Source: Polyangiaceae bacterium
Lineage (GTDB): Bacteria > Myxococcota_A > Polyangia > Polyangiales > Polyangiaceae
Assembly (NCBI GenBank): GCA_044222475.1
Contig: JBGANF010000023.1
Span: 1 to 64,000, forward strand
Direction: 5' to 3'
DNA length: 64,000 nt
Part shown: positions 1 through 8,531 of the stretch, in pieces
Numbering within the stretch: position 1 is the stretch's first letter
Layout of the letters: the number at the start of each line of letters is the position of its first letter
The notes under the pieces: model-generated
The model's input: the letters and a program-made list of their open reading frames with translations, nothing else
Database searches by the model: none
What the model was told of the DNA's origin: nothing
Made by a program: the position numbers and the translations under genes

Positions 1-428
<428 letters not shown>

Positions 429-699
429 ATCTGGCGAGCTGATTGAGACACGGCGTGAACCGTGGCTCGGCTCTGAATTTGGAATTCGGATCGGATGATG
501 TACCGGCTAGGGTTACATCCACGCTTTCGGCGTCGCTGTGTTCCAGGCTCTCGCCTGGGCACATCGTCCAATCCTAGGAGCATCGCTTCGGTTCTGCACG
601 AGAGCCAGTCAATGACTGGCCTTCGAGGACCTCGCGTGCTCCGGAAGCCCACTTCATGTTCCTCGACCGAGGTCGAGGTTACCTAAAGTGTGCGTACGA

Positions 700-716
700 T
701 TCAGTTTTCAAGGACC
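700..716 (-). promoter_or_regulatory. boxA-like rRNA antitermination/leader element
   Basis: Minus strand reads GGTCCTTGAAAACTGAA, between the promoter and 16S, as is typical of rrn leaders. Confidence 0.65.
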
Positions 717-752
717 GAGCGGAGGGAAGACCCTCCAAACTTGGGGACGCGA

Positions 753-781
753 ACTCTAGTTTCCCGCACCAGGCCCGTCAA
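753..781 (-). promoter_or_regulatory. rrn promoter P2 (sigma70-type)
   Basis: Minus strand TTGACG (781-776), 17-bp spacer, TAGAGT (758-753); T-tract upstream. Confidence 0.7.
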
Positions 782-1044
782 CCAAAAATCGCGTTTCGGC
801 GATGATTTTGTTTCGGGCCGAGGGTCCGAGTACGGACGGCGGCGGGTAGCTGCACCTGACGAGGAGGTTATCCCCACCTGGGTGAGCTTTTGCCCATGAC
901 CTTTTCCCGAGGGATCTCGGGTACCTGGAGGCCACTCCACCCAGGACGGGCGGGAGTTTTCCACAGGTTGTACGATGCAAGGGCCTGGAAACACGGGGGA
1001 TTCCAGCTTGCTCGGAGGGAACACCCGCCGGTGCAAGGCGGCGG

Positions 1045-1082
1045 AATCTAGTCATCCACGGGATGGAGTCAAACTTTTTTTT
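1045..1082 (-). promoter_or_regulatory. rrn promoter P1 (sigma70-type) with UP-like A-tract
   Basis: Minus strand TTGACT (1072-1067), 16-bp spacer, TAGATT (1050-1045), followed by a GC-rich discriminator CCGCCGCC; A8 tract just upstream of -35. Confidence 0.75.
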
Positions 1083-1167
1083 CGCGATGCGTCGATCGCC
1101 GGAAAGCGAGCGAAGTGGTGGGAATCGCATGCATTCTGCAAGGCTCGAAGCATGCGATCTGCACGCA

Positions 1168-1258
1168 TCGTCCACGAACCTCGAGCCATGGGTTCGTCCA
1201 CGAACCTCAAGCTATGGGTTCGTCCACGAACCTCAAGCTATGGGTTCGTCCACGAACC
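1168..1258. repeat. 26-bp tandem repeat (about 3.5 units) with internal palindrome GGTTCGT-CC-ACGAACC
   Basis: GGTTCGTCCACGAACC at 1191-1206, 1217-1232, 1243-1258 and partial at 1168-1180, separated by TCGAGCCATG / TCAAGCTATG / TCAAGCTATG. Confidence 0.95.
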
Positions 1259-1865
1259 ACCCCCCGCGCTCCCGCACGAGGTTCACTTCGTGGCCCGAAG
1301 GTACGAGGCGCACCCGAAAGCCTCGCTCGCCGCGACCCAGGCCCACCAGCGTGCCGAGAACGTCGATGTCGGTCGAGACCTCTCCGGCGCGAACGCGGAT
1401 GGGACGGCGACGCGCATCGACCTCGACGTCGACGCCGACCCACACCGGGTGCTTCGCGACCTTCCACACCGCCTCGCGCGCGAGGGCCTGCTCGCACGCG
1501 ATGAAGGCTCGATCGGCCGCGACGAACCCCGCGCCGCGGCTGAACGCGATCACGAGCGCGTAACGATCGGGCAGCGCGCGAGCGAGGTAGGTGCGACGCG
1601 CACCACGACACACGATGAACCGCGGCTCGCCGAACGAGCTCCGCATCACCTCGTCGAGGAGGATGCGGAAGTGCGCGCCGGCGACCTTCATGTCGAACGG
1701 GCTCAGCCGACCCGCGTAGTCCACGGCTTCGCCGTCGCGATCGACGAGCGCGACGCCGATCGCGCCGGGCACCCGCGCGAGCAGGTCCTTCAAGATCGTG
1801 GCGAACGCGCTCTCGTCCTGATCGCGCGTCGGCGGCGGTCGCCGCGAGACCTTCACCGTCGTCAT
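1233..1865 (-). CDS. Roadblock/LC7 (MglB-like) domain protein with C-terminal extension
   Basis: ILKDLLARVPGAIGVALVDRDGEAVD roadblock-like N-terminus; ATG at 1865 overlaps the upstream stop (ATGA). Confidence 0.7.
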   Translation of the reverse strand: MTTVKVSRRPPPTRDQDESAFATILKDLLARVPGAIGVALVDRDGEAVDYAGRLSPFDMKVAGAHFRILLDEVMRSSFGEPRFIVCRGARRTYLARALPDRYALVIAFSRGAGFVAADRAFIACEQALAREAVWKVAKHPVWVGVDVEVDARRRPIRVRAGEVSTDIDVLGTLVGLGRGERGFRVRLVPSGHEVNLVRERGGWFVDEPIA

Positions 1866-2782
1866 TGAAACCCGGCGACCGCCCCGGCCATGAGCGCGTC
1901 GGCGGCGGGGTCGATGACAGTCGACGTACCTTTTCGGTACGACGCGACGATGGCGTCTTTCTCTGCTTTTCCGCGGCGGAACACGGCCTCGTCGGCGAAT
2001 CGCACGCGCCGCTCTTCGAAGGGAACACGCTTCTCGGCGACCTTCTCCACGAGCCAGATGACGTGCCAGCCGAAGCTCGTCTCGACGACGCCGGTGACCG
2101 GATGCTCGGCGTCGAGCGTGAAGGCGGCGGAGACGAACGACGCTTCCATCGTGCCCGAGCCCTCGAGGATTCGACCATCCGCAGCGAACGCCGGCAGGTC
2201 CTCGATGCGAACGTCGAACTTGCCGTGCGGCACGTCCGTCATTCGCTGCTGGAAGTCGACGCTGCCTTTGGCGCCGACGGCGGCGTCGGCCAGGGTCTGC
2301 GCCATCTGCCGCGACGCTTCCTCCGGCGTGCCCTTGCGTCGCATGACGACGACGTGGACCACTCGGACCCCGGCGGGGGCATCGAAGGCCTGCCAATGCC
2401 GAGCGGTGAGCGCATCGACCTCGGCGTCCGACGGTAGCCCTCGAGCGACGGCGTGCGCCTGAATCCCGTCGGCGACGAACCGCGCGCGGATGCGATCGAG
2501 CGAGAGCTTCACGGTGGGCGTCGTGTCGAGGCCGCGCGCGCGAGCTCCTTCGGCGAGGAGCGCGTCCTCGATGAGCAGGTCGAGCGCCGCGCGCGCGCTC
2601 ACGTGTTGGCGGTCGGCCACCTTCGCCACGAGATCGCGCTCGATGGCGACGCTACCCACTCTGGCGACGACGTCCCCGCCGAGCGTCGCCGCTTTGGGCG
2701 GCGGCGCGCTCCCTTCGGTGCCGCACGCGACGAGGACGATCGCGCCGAGAGACCACCGCGCCCACGTCGATCGCGCGCTCAT
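1862..2782 (-). CDS. PpiC/parvulin-type peptidyl-prolyl isomerase lipoprotein
   Basis: Lipobox LVAC; VARVG and VRVVHVVV segments; MEASFVSAAF and VETSFGWHVI parvulin motifs. Confidence 0.85.
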   Translation of the reverse strand: MSARSTWARWSLGAIVLVACGTEGSAPPPKAATLGGDVVARVGSVAIERDLVAKVADRQHVSARAALDLLIEDALLAEGARARGLDTTPTVKLSLDRIRARFVADGIQAHAVARGLPSDAEVDALTARHWQAFDAPAGVRVVHVVVMRRKGTPEEASRQMAQTLADAAVGAKGSVDFQQRMTDVPHGKFDVRIEDLPAFAADGRILEGSGTMEASFVSAAFTLDAEHPVTGVVETSFGWHVIWLVEKVAEKRVPFEERRVRFADEAVFRRGKAEKDAIVASYRKGTSTVIDPAADALMAGAVAGFQ

Positions 2783-2964
2783 CGGTCCCGTCCTTCCACC
2801 ACCGAGTAGGCGGTGCGCACGGCGACGAACGCGACGACGACCCAGTAGGTGGCGGTGATGTCCTCCGCGCGCGCGAGCGCGAACGATCCCAACGCGAACG
2901 CCACGGAAGCGCCCACGACGAGGATCGCGGCGAGAACGTCGGTCCCGTACACGGACGCGAGCAT
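2779..2964 (-). CDS. Small membrane protein (2 TM)
   Basis: 61 aa with two hydrophobic helices; stop overlaps the next start (ATGA). Confidence 0.65.
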   Translation of the reverse strand: MLASVYGTDVLAAILVVGASVAFALGSFALARAEDITATYWVVVAFVAVRTAYSVVEGRDR

Positions 2965-2982
2965 ACTGGATCCCGAGAGGTC

Positions 2983-3744
2983 TCAGCGATCGAGGAGATG
3001 CACCAAGACGCCCCCGAGCAGGAGCGCGGCCAGCACGAGCGGCCAGAGGATGCGCGGTCGGGTCGAGCGGCGCTTCCCGTGGCGCGCGAGCGCGATGGTG
3101 CTGGTCACCGAGACGATCGCGATTCCGGCGCCGAGGGTGACCAGCCGCACGAGGATCGCGCGCTCGGGTACGACGACATCCCACCCGATGAGCTGCAGCC
3201 CGAACGCCAGGATCGCGCTCGCGCCGACGTAGATCGCGTCGCCACGAGAGAGCGGGTGACGCGCCTTCGGACCCGCCTCGGTGCGAGCCTCCCGCTCGAC
3301 GTCGGACGTGACGACCGGCGGCGCCGCGCACGCGAGGGCGAAGAGCGCCCACCCGATGGCCCCGGCGATCCCCCGGATCGAGCCCAGGCGGGTGGTGGAG
3401 AGCGCGTCGGGCGAGCCGGCCCATGCTCCGGCGCACGCGAGGACGAACGCCCATGGCACGACGGGGTGGACCGAGGCGCGCGGAGGCGCCTCTGCGGGCT
3501 GCGCGTTGGAACGAGGCCGCTCGAACGCGAAGCCGGCGCCCAGCGCCAGGAGCGCGGCGATCGCACAGACCACCGAGTACCACCGCGCGCCGTGCCCGAA
3601 CGCCGCCGGAGCGACCGTCACCGCCCACGCGTAGATCCCCGGCACCGCCGCCTGCATCGCGGGTCCGAGCTCGAGGGTCGCGCGGAGCAGGCTCCGCTTC
3701 GGAGTCGGGCTCGGGCTCGGTGACTCGGACGTCTCCGTCGTCAT
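2983..3744 (-). CDS. Multi-pass membrane protein, hypothetical
   Basis: Several hydrophobic helices; ATG at 3744 overlaps the ttcA stop. Confidence 0.7.
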   Translation of the reverse strand: MTTETSESPSPSPTPKRSLLRATLELGPAMQAAVPGIYAWAVTVAPAAFGHGARWYSVVCAIAALLALGAGFAFERPRSNAQPAEAPPRASVHPVVPWAFVLACAGAWAGSPDALSTTRLGSIRGIAGAIGWALFALACAAPPVVTSDVEREARTEAGPKARHPLSRGDAIYVGASAILAFGLQLIGWDVVVPERAILVRLVTLGAGIAIVSVTSTIALARHGKRRSTRPRILWPLVLAALLLGGVLVHLLDR

Positions 3745-4583
3745 TCCGCCGGCTCGACTCGCTCCGCCGCGAGCCTCGAAGACGGCACGAGCGCGCCGTC
3801 GTCCTCTCGCGGTGGGGCGACGGAGAGGCCGAGGCGTTGCCAGAGCGCCTTGTCGACCAAGTGACTCGGGCGAACGTTCGAAAGCGCGGCGAGCATGATC
3901 GCCTTCGTCCCGGGTCGCTGAGTCTCGAGGTCGTCGATCATGCGACCGACGATCTTGCGCTGAAGGTTGTCTTGCGAGCCGCACAGGTCGCAGGGGAGGA
4001 TCGGGAACGCTTGCTCGGCCGCGAACGTGCGGATGTCCTCTTCCGCCGCGTAGACGAGCGGCCGAATGACCTGGAGCCGACCTTCGTCGGCCACGAGCTT
4101 CGGCGGCATCGCCGCGAGCTGCCCCGCGAAGTACAGGTTCAGGAGGAACGTCTGGAGGATGTCGTCGCGGTGATGCCCGAGCGCGATCTTGTTGCAGCCG
4201 AGCTCCTTCGCCACGCGATAGAGGATGCCCCGGCGGAGACGCGAGCACAGCGAACAGTAGGTCTTCCCCTCGGGGATCTTCTCGGTGACGATCGAGTAGG
4301 TGTCCTCGTTCACCAGGCGGAAGTCGTAGCCCTCTCGCGCCATCCAATCGACGAGGGTCTGCGCGGGGTACCCAGGGTGTCCCTGATCGACGTTGACGGC
4401 GACCAGCTCGAACGCCACCGGCGCCTTGCGCGACAGCTCACGGAGCAGATGAAGCAGCGTGTAGCTGTCCTTCCCGCCCGACACCGCGACCATGATTCGG
4501 TCGCCCTCGGCGATCATGTCGAACGCGGTCACGCCCCGCCCGAGCGCCTTCTGGAGCTTTCGGTGGGCGGTCGACGGTTCCAC
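3741..4583 (-). CDS. ttcA: tRNA 2-thiocytidine(32) synthetase
   Basis: PP-loop SGGKDS, CSLCSRLRRG, GHHRDD, PCDLCGSQ. GTG start at 4583 inferred from overlap with the pepA stop. Confidence 0.95.
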   Translation of the reverse strand: MEPSTAHRKLQKALGRGVTAFDMIAEGDRIMVAVSGGKDSYTLLHLLRELSRKAPVAFELVAVNVDQGHPGYPAQTLVDWMAREGYDFRLVNEDTYSIVTEKIPEGKTYCSLCSRLRRGILYRVAKELGCNKIALGHHRDDILQTFLLNLYFAGQLAAMPPKLVADEGRLQVIRPLVYAAEEDIRTFAAEQAFPILPCDLCGSQDNLQRKIVGRMIDDLETQRPGTKAIMLAALSNVRPSHLVDKALWQRLGLSVAPPREDDGALVPSSRLAAERVEPAE

Positions 4584-6082
4584 TACTTGGCGGTGCGCTC
4601 GACGATCGAGAGGAACGTGAGGACGCCGTGACCGGTCGCGCCCTTCCCGTGCCACTGGTAGGGACGGTCGGCGGCGGCGGGACCCGCGATGTCCGCGTGG
4701 ACCCAGTTCTTGGTCTTGCCGATGAACTCGCGGAGGAAGAGTGCCGCCGTGATCGAGCCGCCGAAGCGGTCACCGGTGTGCTTGAGATCCGCGCAGTCGC
4801 TCTTCAGCTGGTCGCGCAGCTCCTCGATGAGCGGCAGCCGCCACATCGACTCGCCTGCTTGCTTCAACGCGCCGGCGAACGTCGTCGCGGTCGCTTCGTT
4901 CGACGCGTACCAACCCGAGTACGTGGTGCCGAGCGCGACGACGCACGCACCGGTGAGGGTGGCGTTGTCGACGAGGAGGTCCGGCTCGATCTCGCGCGCC
5001 GCGTAGGTGAGCGCATCGGCGAGGACGAGACGCCCTTCGGCGTCGGTGTTGATGATCTCGACGAACTTCCCGTCGAGCGAGCCCCAAATGTCGCCGGGGC
5101 GGTACGCGTTTCCGTCGGGCATGTTCTCCGCGAGGGTCGCGATCGCGTGGACCTCGACGTGCGGCTTGAGCGCGGCGATCGCGACCATGAGGCCGACGAC
5201 GTTCGCGGCGCCGGACATGTCGTGCTTCATCTCACCCATGCCCTGCGCGGGCTTGATGCTGAGACCACCGCTGTCGAACGTGATGCCCTTGCCGACGAAG
5301 CAGATCTTCTTCTTCGCCTTCTTCGCGGGGACGTAGCTCAGGTGGACGAGGCGCGGCTTGTGGGTGCTGCCTCGACCGACGGCGTGGAGGAGCCACATGC
5401 CACGCTTCTCGATCTCCTTGTCGTCGAAGACCGTGACCTTGAGCTTGTGCTCCTTCGCGAGCTTCACCGCCACCGCCGCGAACGACTCGGGGTAGATGAC
5501 GTTCGGCGGCTCGTTCGAGAGATCGCGGGCGACGTTGACGCCAGCCGCGATCGCCTGGCCGAGGGCGATCGACTTCTTCGCGTCCGGCGGAGCCTTGCGC
5601 TCGACGGTGAGCGTGACGCCTTCCAGCGCCTCCTTCGGTTTGCGCTCGCCCGAGAGGTAGTGCGAGAAGCGGTACGCTCCGAGCGCGAGGCCTTCGGCGA
5701 CGGTGCGCAGCTTGTGCTCGAGGCCGTCGGGCAGCGCGACGACGAGCGACTTGGCGCGCTCGCCGTTGGCGATGCGCGCAGCCTTCGCCGCGAACGTTCG
5801 AATCTCGCCCGGCCCCGCGCTCTCCTTGTCACCGAGGCCGAGGAGAACGACCTTCTGAGCCGGCAACCGACCGAGCGTCGGAATCGTCAGCGTCTGCTCG
5901 CGCTTCCCGGTGAACTCCTCCTTGGCGAGAACACGCGCCAGGCCCCCACCCAGCGCGCGATCGAGCACCTCCACGAGCGAGCTCTTGCCTTTCTTCGACG
6001 AGAGGGTCCACGTTCCGAGGACGACGACATCGGCGGCAAGATCGAGTGCGCTCGCTTGCCGCACGCTGATGTTCAAAGGCAT
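4583..6082 (-). CDS. pepA: Leucyl aminopeptidase (M17)
   Basis: VGKGITFDSGG, MKHDMSG, NTDAEGRL, ATLTGA, HADIAG. Confidence 0.95.
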   Translation of the reverse strand: MPLNISVRQASALDLAADVVVLGTWTLSSKKGKSSLVEVLDRALGGGLARVLAKEEFTGKREQTLTIPTLGRLPAQKVVLLGLGDKESAGPGEIRTFAAKAARIANGERAKSLVVALPDGLEHKLRTVAEGLALGAYRFSHYLSGERKPKEALEGVTLTVERKAPPDAKKSIALGQAIAAGVNVARDLSNEPPNVIYPESFAAVAVKLAKEHKLKVTVFDDKEIEKRGMWLLHAVGRGSTHKPRLVHLSYVPAKKAKKKICFVGKGITFDSGGLSIKPAQGMGEMKHDMSGAANVVGLMVAIAALKPHVEVHAIATLAENMPDGNAYRPGDIWGSLDGKFVEIINTDAEGRLVLADALTYAAREIEPDLLVDNATLTGACVVALGTTYSGWYASNEATATTFAGALKQAGESMWRLPLIEELRDQLKSDCADLKHTGDRFGGSITAALFLREFIGKTKNWVHADIAGPAAADRPYQWHGKGATGHGVLTFLSIVERTAK

Positions 6083-6162
6083 TTCGGGGGCTCCGGGAGG
6101 GTCGGGGGGAGAGGGCGGATATTGGCAGACCGCCGCCACCCCCGACAAGAGCCTTCCCTCGC

Positions 6163-6663
6163 CTACCCGAGCATACGCTCGGTGCGCGCGAAGAGGCGCG
6201 CCTGCACCTGGGGTTGCTTCCCGGTGAACGTCTCGAACGTCGTCTTCGTGGGGACGCCGTCGACCACGAGCGCCATCGATGCCGGGCTGCCTTCGTGCAC
6301 CCAGCGAACGCGGCAGGGGATCGCGATCTCGACTCCGGCGACCGCGTCGGCCGCGTGCACGATGACGTGCGAGCCGACCGCGCACGCGTCGGCGGTGGTG
6401 ACGAGGAGCGCTGCCGCCGTCACCGCGCGGATGTCGATCGCGCGCATCGAGCCGTCGCCGATCATCTGACCGGGCAGACCCGGGTGCGAGCGCGCGAGCG
6501 GCCCGGCGTTCGGCACCTGGAGATCACTCGTCACGAGTTGGAGCAGCGAGAGGAGCTCGATCTGCTCCGCTGGAGACAGCGGCTGCCCCACCGTCGCGTG
6601 GCGGGCGTTCAGCTCCCAGAATCGGACCAGAAAATCGAGTTTCTCGAGCACGACGCACCTCAT
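6163..6663 (-). CDS. Hypothetical protein, degenerate PilZ-like beta-barrel
   Basis: C-terminal pattern (DIRAVTAAALLV...IPCRVRWV...MALVVD) resembles PilZ; canonical RxxxR and DxSxxG are absent. Confidence 0.5.
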   Translation of the reverse strand: MRCVVLEKLDFLVRFWELNARHATVGQPLSPAEQIELLSLLQLVTSDLQVPNAGPLARSHPGLPGQMIGDGSMRAIDIRAVTAAALLVTTADACAVGSHVIVHAADAVAGVEIAIPCRVRWVHEGSPASMALVVDGVPTKTTFETFTGKQPQVQARLFARTERMLG

Positions 6664-6914
6664 GGTCCCCTGACCGAGCTCGTCGCTGCGGCCGGGATTG
6701 GGTTGTTTTCGCTGGAACGGGAAGCGATGGTGCAGTCCACGTGCCAAGGTTCGGGTTCCTTCTTCCTGGATCTACGTTCGGTACAACGCTCCGATCTGCT
6801 TCAATCTTTCAGTTCGACGGACCAGGGGTGCGAATGCTTCTACCGAGCAAAAGCCTCGAAAGTTGCGGACTTGTCTGACGTGGGCGTCAGGTGCGAGCTA
6901 AGCTTCGAGGTGGC

Positions 6915-7835
6915 ATGATTCACGACGACATCCTCGGAGCGGTCGGCCGGACGCCGATGTGCCGCCTCCGTCGGCTGGTGCCGAAGGAGAGCGCCGAGAT
7001 CGTCGCCAAGCTCGAGTTCTTCGCCCCGGGCGGGAGCATCAAAGACCGCGCCGCGGTCGCGATGCTCGCCGCCGCCGAGGCCGACGGGCGGCTCTCGCCC
7101 CGCGCGACCGTCGTCGAGGCGAGCGGCGGCAACACCGGCGTCGGCCTCGCGATGGCGTGCGCGGTGCGTGGATACCCGTGCGTGATCGTCGTCCCCAAGG
7201 GGACCGCGCGGGAGAAGCTCGCGGTGCTGCGAACGTTCGGCGCCGAGGTCATCGAAGCCCGGAGCGACGTCGAGCCGTCGCACGCCGAGGGCTACATCGG
7301 TCGCGCGGAGGCGTACGCACGCGAGCACGGCGCGTTCCTCCCCGATCAGTTCGTGAACCCCGCGAACCCGCAGGCGCACGAGCGCGCGACGGCGTTGGAG
7401 ATCCTCGAGCAATGCGACGGAGCGCTCGACGCGTTCGTCGCGTGCGTCGGCTCGGGTGGAACGATCGCCGGGATCGGGCGCGTGCTCCGCCAGCGGTCTC
7501 CGGCGCCCGTGATCGTCGGCGCGGCTCCGGAGCCCAACTCGATCGTGGAAGGCGTCGGCGACGAGATCGACGCGGATTCGACCCACGGCTCGCCGCCGGA
7601 CCGCGTGATCCGGGTCAGCGACGCCGAGGCGATCAGCTGGACGCTACGCCTCGCACGAGAAGAAGGTATCCTTGCTGGAGGCTCTTCGGGGCTGGCGCTC
7701 GCGGCGGCGCTCCGCGTCGCCGCCGAGCTCGGCCCAGGAAAGCGCGTCGTCATGATGATCCCGGACACCGGCCGCAACTACCTCTCGACCTACTTCGACC
7801 CCGCTTGGCGGCGGGAGCGAGGGCTCGCGCCATGA
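6915..7835 (+). CDS. PLP-dependent cysteine synthase / cystathionine beta-synthase family protein
   Basis: PGGSIKDR (PLP lysine), EASGGNTG, GSGGT, GGSSG, PDTGRNYLS. Confidence 0.92.
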   Translation: MIHDDILGAVGRTPMCRLRRLVPKESAEIVAKLEFFAPGGSIKDRAAVAMLAAAEADGRLSPRATVVEASGGNTGVGLAMACAVRGYPCVIVVPKGTAREKLAVLRTFGAEVIEARSDVEPSHAEGYIGRAEAYAREHGAFLPDQFVNPANPQAHERATALEILEQCDGALDAFVACVGSGGTIAGIGRVLRQRSPAPVIVGAAPEPNSIVEGVGDEIDADSTHGSPPDRVIRVSDAEAISWTLRLAREEGILAGGSSGLALAAALRVAAELGPGKRVVMMIPDTGRNYLSTYFDPAWRRERGLAP

Positions 7836-8527
7836 CACGCGTTCGCGGGCTGCTCCTCTTGTCCCTTTTTGGGACAGCGCTCGGCCTCTCCGCGTCGGCG
7901 TGCGGTACGACGAAGGTGTCGCTCGCCGGCGGACCGCGGGAGTACGTCGCGAGCGACTACGGCAACGTGCTCGATCGCTGGACGCGAACCGAGCAGCTCA
8001 TCACGCCGAGCGAGCTCGACGATCTGCTGACGGTCACGGCGACGTTCGAGTCGTGGGACTTCCGGTGGGCGTACGTCGTTCGCTACGCGCAGGACTACCG
8101 CCTCACGGTGCAGCAGCGGCGCGAGCTCCTCGAGCGCACGCTCGCCGAGTCGGAGGCCTCGTATCAGTTCTACGTCGCGCTCTACGGCACCAAGTGGCGC
8201 TGGGACGATCTCACGAAGCCGAACAGCTCGTGGATCGTTCGCCTGATCGACGACGTCGGAAACGAGACCGCACCCGCCCGCCTCGAGCTCGTGAAGCCGG
8301 GCCCGCTCGAGTACCGGTATTTCCCGTACACCAGCCCGTACCGGCACTGCTTCCGCATCGACTTTCCGCGCACCACGTCGGACGGCAAACCGACGATCGC
8401 GACGACCGCGAAGTGGTTCGGCCTGCGGTTCGCCGGCGCGCAAGGCAACGAAGAGCTTCGCTGGGTGCTCGAGACGGCCGAAGCGAAGAAGGCGGCGTTC
8501 GGGCCAGCGCCAGTCGTCGCCGAGTAG
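7832..8527 (+). CDS. Hypothetical lipoprotein
   Basis: Signal peptide with ASAC lipobox; ATGA overlap with upstream gene; globular composition. Confidence 0.75.
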   Translation: MTRVRGLLLLSLFGTALGLSASACGTTKVSLAGGPREYVASDYGNVLDRWTRTEQLITPSELDDLLTVTATFESWDFRWAYVVRYAQDYRLTVQQRRELLERTLAESEASYQFYVALYGTKWRWDDLTKPNSSWIVRLIDDVGNETAPARLELVKPGPLEYRYFPYTSPYRHCFRIDFPRTTSDGKPTIATTAKWFGLRFAGAQGNEELRWVLETAEAKKAAFGPAPVVAE

Positions 8528-8531
8528 CCCC

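Noticed and set aside
1168..1258. CRISPR array interpretation of the palindromic repeats
   Set aside because: The intervening segments are only 10 bp and near-identical, the unit is part of a CDS end, and no cas genes are present in the window.
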